Origin: Eledone cirrhosa
Taxonomy: Eukaryota
Direction: 5' to 3'
Assembly: GCA_964016885.1 (NCBI GenBank)
Contig: OZ024741.1
Span: forward strand, 385,144,001-385,208,000
Length of the DNA: 64,000 nucleotides
The notes under the pieces were generated by a model, which was not told where the DNA came from, ran no database searches, and worked only from the letters and a program-made list of their open reading frames with translations. The position numbers were made by a program, and so were the translations under genes. Below are positions 17,415-32,215 of this stretch, one piece after another (position 1 is the stretch's first letter; every line of letters starts with the position of its first letter).

Positions 17415-18490
17415 TAACTAAGAACATAGATTTTACATGTGGCCGGTGTTCTGGTGCAATAAGTAGCAGCAAGTGCCCACGAAATACTAGCTCTTTCAAT
17501 TGCGCAGAGGGTTCTATAGAAATAGTGGACAGTTTCCGTTACCTGGGCGATAAAATCAGCAGTGGGGGAGGGTGCTCTGAAAGTACTGTAGCTAGAGTCA
17601 GAACTGGTTGGAAAAAGTTCAGAGAGCTTATACCACTATTAGCTGCTAAAGGGTTCTCCCTAAAAATGAAAGGCAGGTTGTACGATGCCTGCATACGAAC
17701 AGCAATGTTGCATGGCAGTGAGACCTGGGCATTGTGTGCAGAGGATATACGCAGACTAGAGAGGAACGAAGCTTGCATGCTCCGCTGGATGTGTAACAGT
17801 AATATACGTGAACGGCAAAGCATAAACGAACTAAGGAAAAAATTAGAGATAAGAGGGATCAGATGTTGTTTACTCGAGAGAAGGCTACGTTGGTATGGAC
17901 ACGTGATGCGCATGAAAGTCGATAGCTGTATAACAAAGTGCAGGGCAATAAAGATAGACGGTAGTCACGGAATAGGTAGACCTAGAAAAACCTGGGACGA
18001 GCTGATAAACTCCGACCTCACACACTTACACCTCTCCAAGACAATGTCACTGGACCGAGACCTTTGGCGGTACTCAGTAACAGAGAAGACCCGCCTTACC
18101 TAAATATATAGTAAAACCTACTCCAGCCAGTAGGCATCTCTAACAAAATACACCCCGTCCCACCACACCACCCCCACCCCGTTCTATGTAAAGTTATGTT
18201 GGTGCCGCGCCATCCGGGCCGAAACAAATGAGATCGTGTAGGTGTCACGACAAAAAAACACACAGTCCACGCTGTAATGTGGCCGTGTAGGCAACACGGT
18301 AAAAACCTCCCAGACCCACACTGTAAATGTGGTTGGTGTTAGGAAGGGCATCCATCTGTAGAAAACCTGCCAGACAGTCCTATGCGAGCAAGACAATCAC
18401 TCTTGCCTCAAGTGAGACTACCCCCGTCCAAACCCATGCAAGCGTGGAACACGGACGTTAAACGTTGATGATGATGATGATGATGATGAT
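17415..18490 (+). mobile_element. RTE family 2, 5'-truncated copy fused head-to-head to the preceding copy
   Basis: ORF to 18103 ([18 protein letters not shown]), 3'UTR, (GAT)n tail. Confidence 0.93.
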
Positions 18491-18518
18491 ATATATATAC
18501 AAATATATATATACATAT

Positions 18519-18555
<37 letters not shown>

Positions 18556-18576
18556 AATATATATATACATATACAA

Positions 18577-18641
<65 letters not shown>

Positions 18642-18652
18642 CATATACATAT

Positions 18653-18693
<41 letters not shown>

Positions 18694-18704
18694 TATATAC
18701 ATAT

Positions 18705-18763
<59 letters not shown>

Positions 18764-18769
18764 CATATT

Positions 18770-18815
<46 letters not shown>

Positions 18816-18908
18816 AATATATATATATATATACAAATATATATATATATATACAAATATATATATACATATACAAATATATATATACATATACAAATAT
18901 ATAAATAT

Positions 18909-19163
18909 ATATTTATTAAAATAACAGATTAAAGTTTAAGCAAAGAATCGCTGCTTTCACCCTTAACGGGATCTTCTGAAACTAACAAAGTCAATCTGTA
19001 AACGCAGAAGTGGATATTTAAAAAAACGTTGCAACCGGATGAAGACAGGAAGACGATACTTTGGTTCGTGGAAACGTCCCCTGGCAAATAACGGGGAAAA
19101 ACGAATATAATATGTCATTAATAGGAGCGGTGAAAAACAATTACGCGCAAAGACAGAACCACG
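18909..19163 (-). mobile_element. PLE-B solo pLTR/3' end
   Basis: 18909-19036 matches ~9591-9718; flanked by (TA)n. Confidence 0.75.
18924..18999 (-). ncRNA. Hammerhead-like motif (CAGAAGA core), second copy
   Basis: Same sequence as 9606-9681. Confidence 0.65.
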
Positions 19164-21806
<2,643 letters not shown>

Positions 21807-22044
21807 CTAAGGCGGGTAAAATTCCCGAGATCCATGGACGAGTTCTCTCCAGCGGTCTCTGTCCCTCATTATCGCTGCCATATCCTGCATCTCCAACAGA
21901 CCAAATATATATATGCAAAAGTTTTAATTAAAATTGTTGGGTTACAACAAGTAAATATTTTATAACTGATATAAAGCACTCAACAAGTTTTGGAGTAGAT
22001 ATACGATATTAAACAAATAGAAACTATATTTATAAAACCATATT

Positions 22045-22110
22045 TATTTCATTATACATATTTCAGGGATACCATATTAAAAATATGGCATGCCTTCTTC
22101 AGATAAAATA
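22045..22110 (-). ncRNA. Type I hammerhead ribozyme in the PLE-C pLTR
   Basis: Minus: TATTTTAT-CTGAAGA-AGGcATGCCATATT..AATATGGTATcCCT-GAA-ATAtgTAT-A-ATGAAATA. Confidence 0.8.
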
Positions 22111-23737
22111 CAATATATAAGCAGTTTTATAAATAAATTTAACGTACCATAAATATTGATCAACTTTTATGTAAGAAGTTGGTTTGGTAGTGAGATGTTT
22201 ATAAATATTTAGTGTTAAGCACAGTTAAAAAGAAAGACGGAGAAAAAGAAGAAATGTATGTAAAGAAAAACAGAGAGAAATAGAGAGATTGGGGAGAGAG
22301 AAATAGTGAGGAGGTGAAAAATGAGAGGCAGCTGAGGCAACAGATGAATAATAATAATTCATCATACAAATTGAGAGATTTAGGAGGGAGGGAGTACTGT
22401 AATTATTTAGTTATAGTGTTAAGGAGACGGAGAGAAATAAAAAATGAATAAAGAGAAAACAGAGAGGTGGAGAAAGATAGAGGTGGGGGGAAAAAGAGGT
22501 AGACCAAATAATAATAATTATATATGGGGAGGTGAGAGAAATAGGAGAGAAGTAAGAGAGAAAACAAGAGAGAAGCTCGAGAGGCAAAGTTAAAATAACC
22601 GATACTTAAATTTCATCATGTATAAAGAGGGAGGAGAAGAAAGAGCTATATCTAGAGAGAAGGATGATAGATTTACATCTTTACGTTATGTCCTATCAAT
22701 TTGAATTATCAATTCATATGAATTGGGTATTATAATGTAAATATCAATATTCATGAATGAGACATAGATATATAATGTGTGAAAAATAATGACCATATGT
22801 TTAGTTTAAAAATTCTTAGGTCGATGTACCAAAAACTGAGATAAAACTTCAAAAAATACAGAAATACATAAGTATATATGTACTTTCCGGAAAAGGAAAG
22901 AAAGAGAAAAAGAGAAGGTCATCTCAATTTCTAGTTGATACTACAGACATACCCGTGATCTTACGTGATCAACTCTGTAATTTCTTATTTCACAGAAAAA
23001 AATTTTCCCTTGTGTTATAAAAGATTTTACTATATATATATATACATACATATATATACATAAAAATATATATTAATATTCCTGCCCTCACATACATGAT
23101 TATCGTTCATGTATAGAATATTATGCATATCTGTAACATATCCAGAGCTATAGCCACACATACATATATATATGCGTGCGCACATATATGTACATGGACA
23201 GATAAAATAAACAGATAAAATAGAATATACTCTGTAATCATTCCATATTCATATTAATACATATGGCCTTTGCACAGAGACAACAGATATTAATATATCA
23301 GCACAGAGATATCAAAACGTTAAGAATATTTTCATCACTCCCTAGAGTATCTAGGGCCGTAAAAAACACAGTATGCCCCCCATATCAACCACAGAAATCT
23401 ACCCTTCCAATTTATCTGACAATATATTGCCAAGTTCATTAGAAGCAATCAGAATCAAAAAGCAAACAAAAAACCAAAAATTATTCAACAAAACTTATTT
23501 AGCAGAAATCATTTAAAAGATTTAGGAGACCCTGTGGTTCTACAGATGCTCTTATATTTAGTATAGAAGTTTATCTAGCGTAAAATTTATTCAATAGATT
23601 GGGAGCATCTACATTTTAGGGTAGTTTAATTACATCATTAGTATATATTTATGAAGAAGGTTTAAAAGAAAAAGTTGAAGGAATTGAAAGAATTATCGTC
23701 AGGTTTCATAATTAATTAAATATCTTAACTAAATATA

Positions 23738-25364
23738 CTACATTTTAAATTTATATTTATATTTAAACGTTGAGTTCAATCTATGTCTGCAGCAACTGAA
23801 TAAATTGCTCCTTAAATTAAGGGAATTTTTAGATTTTAATATAAAGAATATCTCCTCCACGAGAGGTCACATGTCTCAGATGAGGAATTAAAAGAAATCC
23901 CTCTTGAGACTATATTCCAAAACATCGAATATCCAACGTTATCATGTTTAAGTTGCCAGAGTAAGCCTGATAGTGAAGTTGAAGATTTTTTGTTTGGATC
24001 TGTGAAAGAATTCTTATGATTATTATAGCGAAGTTTAAATTCTGTTGAGGTGGAACCAACATAGTTAAAAGAATTTAAGTTAGTTTTAACATTACAATTG
24101 TATATTATATTTTTAACTAAGCAATTGTTATTTAACGGACATTTAGATTTATTTCTACAGTTACAGTTGTTTAATTGAATATTGTTTTGGCTATTATCGG
24201 TATTTTGGCTAGGTTTTAGATTCCTATTATTTATTCTGTTAATATTTTGTGCTAAATTTTTGGTGGACGAGTAAGTTAATTTTATAGTATGTCTATTAAA
24301 AATTGAGTGATATTTATGTGTTCTAGGGAAGCGTTTGTCAAGAGCATTAAAAAATAGTTTAGCAATGTGGGTTTTAATATTTAGTGAGAAAGGGGGGGGC
24401 AAACCATATTATATTTCTAGTTCTATTTCTTTTCTGGCTTTTGGAATTATTGTAATGTTTTCTATTATAGTTGTTAAAGTTGTTACCGTAATTAAAATTG
24501 TTGTTATTTTGGTTAGTTTGCCTATTATTATCGATGTACTTAATTTTATCACTATATCCTGCTCTAGCTAACGCTTCATTGTAATACTGCGCTTTTTCAT
24601 CGAAAATATTATTATTACATGAAATTCTTGAGATACGTTCTTGAACAGAGTTCACTATAGTATTTTTAACAGATCTGGGGTGATTAGAGTTAAAACTGAC
24701 ATAATTCAAGTTTTCATTTAGTTTGTGAAATGGATAGTGAAGACATGTGTTGAGATTTAGTGTTACATCTAGGAAATTGACTATTCTATGGTTATTCTCT
24801 ATTTCTATTTTTAGATTAAGGTAATTAAAAAATTGTATAATTTGTTTTCTTTTTCTATTTAGTTCAGAGTTATTATTTTCAATAAGTAAAAGCATATCAT
24901 CACGATATAATCCTCCGGTTACACCAGGTATTTTTCTATGCAGCGAATTAATTATAAATAGGCCCACAAGGTCCGTTACCTGAGCTGAGTCAGATGATCC
25001 CATAGTAATGTCGAAATTATTATCTCTATCTGCGCTAGTCCATAGTTGGTTATTAAATTCTATCAATGTTTTCCTTGCCGATAATATAATGTGCATTTCA
25101 TTGCTAGTTATGTCAGTATGTTTAAATGCGTAATTTAGTGCCTTTAGTAGTTAGCAATATCTAGTTGAATAAATTTATTATTATTGTTATATTTAATTTC
25201 TTTAAACCACTCAATAACCTCACCAGTCCCCTTTCATAAGTTTAAGTTAGGTAAATTATGTAAGTTTTTAATTTGCTGTATCACCCTGTCTAGAATGTTT
25301 TTGCTAAGTTTACCCAGGTCAGATTTTGATGGTGCAATCAATCTGACTGGCAAATCATTTTCAA
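23738..25364 (-). pseudogene. PLE-C RT + GIY-YIG, disrupted by stops and frameshifts
   Basis: [17 protein letters not shown]; FDITMGSSDSAQVTDLVG; YRDD; NFLDVTLNL; CNCRNKSKCPL; NIIY..YVGST..FKLRYNNH. Confidence 0.88.
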
Positions 25365-26713
<1,349 letters not shown>

Positions 26714-27134
26714 TGGCCCGAATCTTCCTTTATCGATTTTAAATCGTATGGTTGATTGTAGACTTGTTCTATATGTGACGGTATTTTAACGATAGTTATA
26801 GCTCTGATTCATCTGAATTATTGAGCCCTCTGCCGCTCATATCGGATTTCGTTTTTCGTTAACTCGTGCGCCGATTTTTCGATACTCGATCTTTCTAATA
26901 TATTTAGCTCTGGACATAGCTATCCACCAGTTAATTTTATTGCTCATATTTTGTCGATTCTATTGAGTGATGAATAGCTTTTGTTTTATTTTAACATGTC
27001 TATTGAGCACTCTAATTCGATATGTGTATTTCCACATTCACTCGAATTATTTTCGCGGATATAGGGGTCATCTCCCTTGTCTAATGCCATGTGCGTTTTT
27101 CACCGCTAGTTGACTCCTTTGCCGCCAGGATAAA

Positions 27135-27268
27135 ACTCGTTGACGACGTAAACTCCATTCCACTTATTCTAGTAGGCTTTATATTTATATGTGAGCTGAT
27201 AGAGTACTGTCTAAGGATTTACAGAAACCCATGAAGCTAGATTTAACACCTTTCTAGTGGGTCCGGGT
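27135..27268 (+). ncRNA. Type I hammerhead-like motif, core UUGACGA, long stems II and III
   Basis: ACTCG-TTGACGA-cGTAAAcTCC..GGATTTACa-GAA-ACCCA..CTAGA..TCTAGTGGGT-C-CGGGT. Confidence 0.68.
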
Positions 27269-27748
27269 ATGATTTTACATTCATTTAAATTATTGACGTA
27301 TTGTTTTATTGATATTTTTTATCTGTTTGGCCCGAATCTTCCTTTATCGATTTTAAATCGTATGGTTGATTGTAGACTTGTTCTATATGTGACGGTATTT
27401 TAACGATAGTTATAGCTCTGATTCATCTGAATTATTGAGCCCTCTGCCGCTCATATCGGATTTCGTTTTTCGTTAACTCGTGCGCCGATTTTTCGATACT
27501 CGATCTTTCTAATATATTTAGCTCTGGACATAGCTATCCACCAGTTAATTTTATTGCTCATATTTTGTCGATTCTATTGAGTGATGAATAGCTTTTGTTT
27601 TATTTTAACATGTCTATTGAGCACTCTAATTCGATATGTGTATTTCCACATTCACTCGAATTATTTTCGCGGATATAGGGGTCATCTCCCTTGTCTAATG
27701 CCATGTGCGTTTTTCACCGCTAGTTGACTCCTTTGCCGCCAGGATAAA

Positions 27749-27883
27749 ACTCGTTGACGACGTAAACTCCATTCCACTTATTCTAGTAGGCTTTTATATT
27801 TATGTGTGAGCTGATAGAGTACTGTCTAAGGATTTACAGAAACCCATGAAGCTAGATTTAACACCTTTCTAGTGGGTCCGGGT
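27749..27883 (+). ncRNA. Hammerhead-like motif, second unit
   Basis: Same fold as 27135-27268. Confidence 0.68.
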
Positions 27884-28142
27884 ATGATTTTACATTCATT
27901 TAAATTATTGACGTATTGTTTTATTGATATTTTTTATCTGTTTGGCCCGAATCTTCCTTTATCGATTTTAAATCGTATGGTTGATTGTAGACTTGTTCTA
28001 TATGTGACGGTATTTTAACGATAGTTATAGCTCTGATTCATCTGAATTATTGAGCCCTCTGCCGCTCATATCGGATTTCGTTTTTCGTTAACTCGTGCGC
28101 CGATTTTTCGATACTCGATCTTTCTAATATATATATATATAT

Positions 28143-28173
<31 letters not shown>

Positions 28174-28230
28174 CAAATATATATATATATACAAATATAT
28201 ATATGTATATATATATATATATATATATAC

Positions 28231-28275
<45 letters not shown>

Positions 28276-28286
28276 AATATATATAT

Positions 28287-28876
28287 ATCATCATCATCAT
28301 CATCATCATCGTTTAACGTCCGTGTTCCATGCTTGCATGGGTTTGGACGGAGGGTTTTCCCACTTGAGGCAAGAGTGGTTATCTTGCTCGCATAGGACTA
28401 TCTGGCGGGTTTTCTACAGCTGGATGCCCTTCCTAACACCAACCACATTTAAAGTGTGGGGCTGGGAGGTTTTTACCGTGTTGCGTACACGGCCACATTA
28501 CAGCGTGAACTGTGTGTTTTTTTGACGTGACACCTACACGATCTCATTTGTTTCGGCCTGGATGTTGTGGCACCAACATAACTTTACATTGAAAGGGGCG
28601 GTGTGGATGGGGGGGGGGTGTATTTTGTTAGAGATGCCTACTGACTGTAGTAGGTTTTACTTTGTATTTAGGTAAGGCGGGTCTTCTCTATTACTGAGTA
28701 CCGCCAAAGGTCTCGGTCCAGTGACATTGTCTTAGAGAGGTGTAAGTGTGTGAGGTCGGAATTTATCAGCTCGTCCCAGGTTTTTCTGGGTCTGCCTATT
28801 CCGTGGCTACCGTCTATCTTTATTGCCCTGCACTTTGTTATACAGCTATCGTCCTTCATGCGCATCAAGTGACCAT
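28287..28876 (-). mobile_element. RTE family 2, 3' fragment
   Basis: [17 protein letters not shown] + 3'UTR + (GAT)n. Confidence 0.92.
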
Positions 28877-28992
28877 ATATATATATATATACAAATATAT
28901 ATATATATACAAATATATTTATATATATATACAAATATATATATACAAATATATATATATATATACAAATATATATATATATATATATATAT

Positions 28993-29023
<31 letters not shown>

Positions 29024-29076
29024 CAAATATATATATATATATATATACAAATATATATATATATATATATATACAA

Positions 29077-29113
<37 letters not shown>

Positions 29114-29176
29114 TATATACACAAATATATATATATATATATATACACAAATATATATATATATATATATATATAC

Positions 29177-29311
<135 letters not shown>

Positions 29312-29454
29312 AATATATATATATATATATACAAATATATATATATATATATATATATACAAATATGTATATATATATACATATATACAAATATGTATAT
29401 ATATATACATACAAATATATATATATATATACATACAAATATATATATATATAT

Positions 29455-29491
<37 letters not shown>

Positions 29492-29727
29492 AATATATAT
29501 ATATATATATATGTATATATGTAACGGAGGAAATGTGGTAAGGAACCAGGTGGACCATAACGCACCAAAGTACTCAATACTTAGGGTAGTAGAGTGGGTA
29601 ATAGGAACGAGCTCAGCCGTCGGGGTCCTACTCGTTCCTATATATATATATATGTTGGAGACGCAGGACATGGCAGCGATAATGAGGGACAGATAGATAG
29701 ATATAGATAGATAGATATATATATACA

Positions 29728-29781
<54 letters not shown>

Positions 29782-29813
29782 AATATATATATATATATAT
29801 ATACAAATATATT

Positions 29814-31136
29814 AAAGCGGCAGTCCCATCTGGGAAATGGCCATGCTCATTGTGTAGGAAAGGCGTAGGTAGAAACTCCATTTTATGTCCCAAATGCAAA
29901 GTATGGGTGCATAAAAGATGTAGTGGGATCACAGGTAAGCTAACTAAGAACATAGATTTTACATGTGGCCGGTGCTCTGGTGCAATAAGTAGCAGCAAGT
30001 GCCCACAAAATACTAGCTCCTTCAACTGCGCAGAGGGTTCTATAGAAATAGTGGACAGCTTCCATTACCTGGGTGACAAAATCAGCAGTGGGGGAGGGTG
30101 CTCTGAAAGTACAGTAGCTAGAGTCAGAACTGGATGGAAAAAGTTCAGAGAGCTTATACCACTAATAGCCGCTAAAGGGTTCTCCCTAAAAATGAAAGGC
30201 AGGTTATACGATGCCTGCATACGAACAGCAATGCTGCATGGCAGTGAGACCTGGGCATTGTGTGCAGAGGATATACGCAGACTAGAGAGGAACGAAGCTT
30301 GCATGCTCCGCTGGATGTGCAATAGTAATATACGTGAACGGCAAAGCATAAACGAACTAAGGAAAAAATTAGAAATAAGAGGGATCAGATGTTGTTTACT
30401 CGAGAGAAGGCTACGTTGGTACGGTCACGTGATGCGCATGAAAGACGACAACTGTATAACAAAGTGCAGGGCAATAAAGATAGACGGTAGCCACGGAGTA
30501 GGCAGACCCAGAAAAACATGGGACGAGCTGATAAATTCCGACCTCACACGCTTACACCTTTCCAAGACAATGTCACTGGACCGAGACCTTTGGCGGTACT
30601 CAGTAATAGAGAACACCCGCCTTACCTAAATAAAAAGTAAAAACCTACTACAGTCGGTAGGCATCTCTATCAAAACACACCCCGGTCCCACCACCTCCAC
30701 CCCATCCACACCGCCCCTTTCAATGTAAAGTTATGTTGGTCCCACAACATCCAGGCCAAAACAAATGAGATCGTGTAGGTGTCACGACAAAAAAACACAC
30801 AGTCCACGCTGTAAATGTGGCCGTGTAGGCAACACGGTAAAAACCTCCCAGCCCCACACCGTAAATGTGGTTGGTGTTAGGAAGGGCATCCAGCTGTAGA
30901 AAACCCACCAGACAGTCCACGCTGTAATGTGGCCGTGTAGGCAACACGGTAAAAACCTCCCAGCCCCACACTGTAAATGTGGTTGGTGTTAGGAAAGGCA
31001 TCCAACTGTAGAAAACCCGCCAGACAGTCCTATGCGAGCAAGACAACCACTCTTGCCTCAAGTGGGAAAACCCCCGTCCAAACCCATGCAAGCATGAAAC
31101 ACGGACGCTAAACCTGATGATGATGATGATGATGAT
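29814..31136 (+). mobile_element. RTE family 2, 5'-truncated; ORF fragment 29814-30629; 113-bp duplication in 3'UTR
   Basis: [20 protein letters not shown]; (GAT)n tail. Confidence 0.93.
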
Positions 31137-31176
31137 ATACAATAATATATATATACAAATATATATATATATATAT

Positions 31177-31249
<73 letters not shown>

Positions 31250-31253
<4 letters not shown>

Positions 31254-31774
31254 AAAGTGAGTTAGAAGCGAAACGAAATTTAATTTCGTCTCGTTATTCG
31301 TTTTTATCGTTTCCGCTGAACCGGTGCGTACAATGACTCACGTTCTATGCAAATTAGTCTGCCCACTACTGATTTTCATAGAAAAAGCATATAACAATAT
31401 GTGCTTTTACAATTCTCCAGAGAAGCCGGAAAGATAGGTATATATTGCTGATGAGATGTAATAACATCGAAACTAGTCCAATATTCCTGTCTTGCTCTCT
31501 GGAGAATAGAGGAAATGTGTTTCCTTGAAAACTCGTATGACTCTAAAACCCGGTTCGTCTGTTTACATACAGACTAGCTGGACACTCACTGTAAAGTGTC
31601 TAGTGAAAAGCTTGGTACATGTACATATGTATACATGTGTGTATTTATATGCATACTAATACTTCCGTATACATATGTAGATGTACACTTTAACTTAATT
31701 GTTTAAGCATCAGTCATACAAAAGTGAGTTAGAAGCGAGACGAAATTTAATTTTGTTTCGTTATTCGTTTTTAT
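31250..31774 (+). mobile_element. Retrozyme-like element: 467-bp unit with ~57-bp terminal redundancy and a canonical hammerhead
   Basis: acaaaagtgagttagaagcg..ttattcgtttttat at 31251-31307 and 31718-31774; (TA)n flanks. Confidence 0.8.
31442..31484 (+). ncRNA. Minimal type I hammerhead ribozyme, canonical core
   Basis: ATATTG-CTGATGA-GATGTaataACATC-GAA-ACTAGT-C-CAATAT; stem I extends over 31412-31507. Confidence 0.92.
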
Positions 31775-32102
31775 ATATATACATATACAAATATATATAT
31801 ATATATACACATATACAAATATATATATATACACATATACAAATATATATATATATACATATACAAATATATATATATATATACATATACAAATATATAT
31901 ATATATATACATATACAAATATATATATATATACACATATACAAATATATATATATATATATACATATACAAATATATATATATATATATATACATATAC
32001 AAATATATATATATATATACATATACAAATATATATATATATATACATATACAAATATATATATATATATACATATACAAATATATATATATATATACAT
32101 AT

Positions 32103-32147
<45 letters not shown>

Positions 32148-32181
32148 CAAATATATACAAATATATATATATATACATATA

Positions 32182-32215
32182 CATTCAATCTGAAAATATT
32201 GAAGAGATAAGACAC
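32182..32215 (+). promoter_or_regulatory. Inr + DPE internal Pol II core promoter (repeated at ~33379, 33887, 35028)
   Basis: (T)CATTC matches Inr TCAKTY with A+1=32183; AGACA (DPE RGWYV) at exactly +28..+32 and G at +24; the insertion begins at the Inr. Confidence 0.7.

Larger units (their letters stand above)
21908..25364 (-). mobile_element. Penelope-like element family C (Hydra-clade-like), 5'-truncated, with ~1.8-kb 3'UTR
   Basis: RT and GIY-YIG fragments in order, hammerhead near the 3' end, (TA)n flanks. Confidence 0.88.
26714..28127 (+). mobile_element. Retrozyme-like / non-autonomous PLE tandem array: 2.3 copies of a 614-bp non-coding unit, one hammerhead per unit
   Basis: Unit starts ggcccgaatc at ~26715, 27329, 27944; dispersed copy at 52062-52634 has the same right end. 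Confidence 0.8.

Noticed and set aside
25234-25236. In-frame TGA in the PLE-C ORF as selenocysteine (as in Naiad PLEs)
   Set aside because: Falls at a probable Trp position in a copy with other stops and frameshifts; domain order is C-terminal EN, not Naiad
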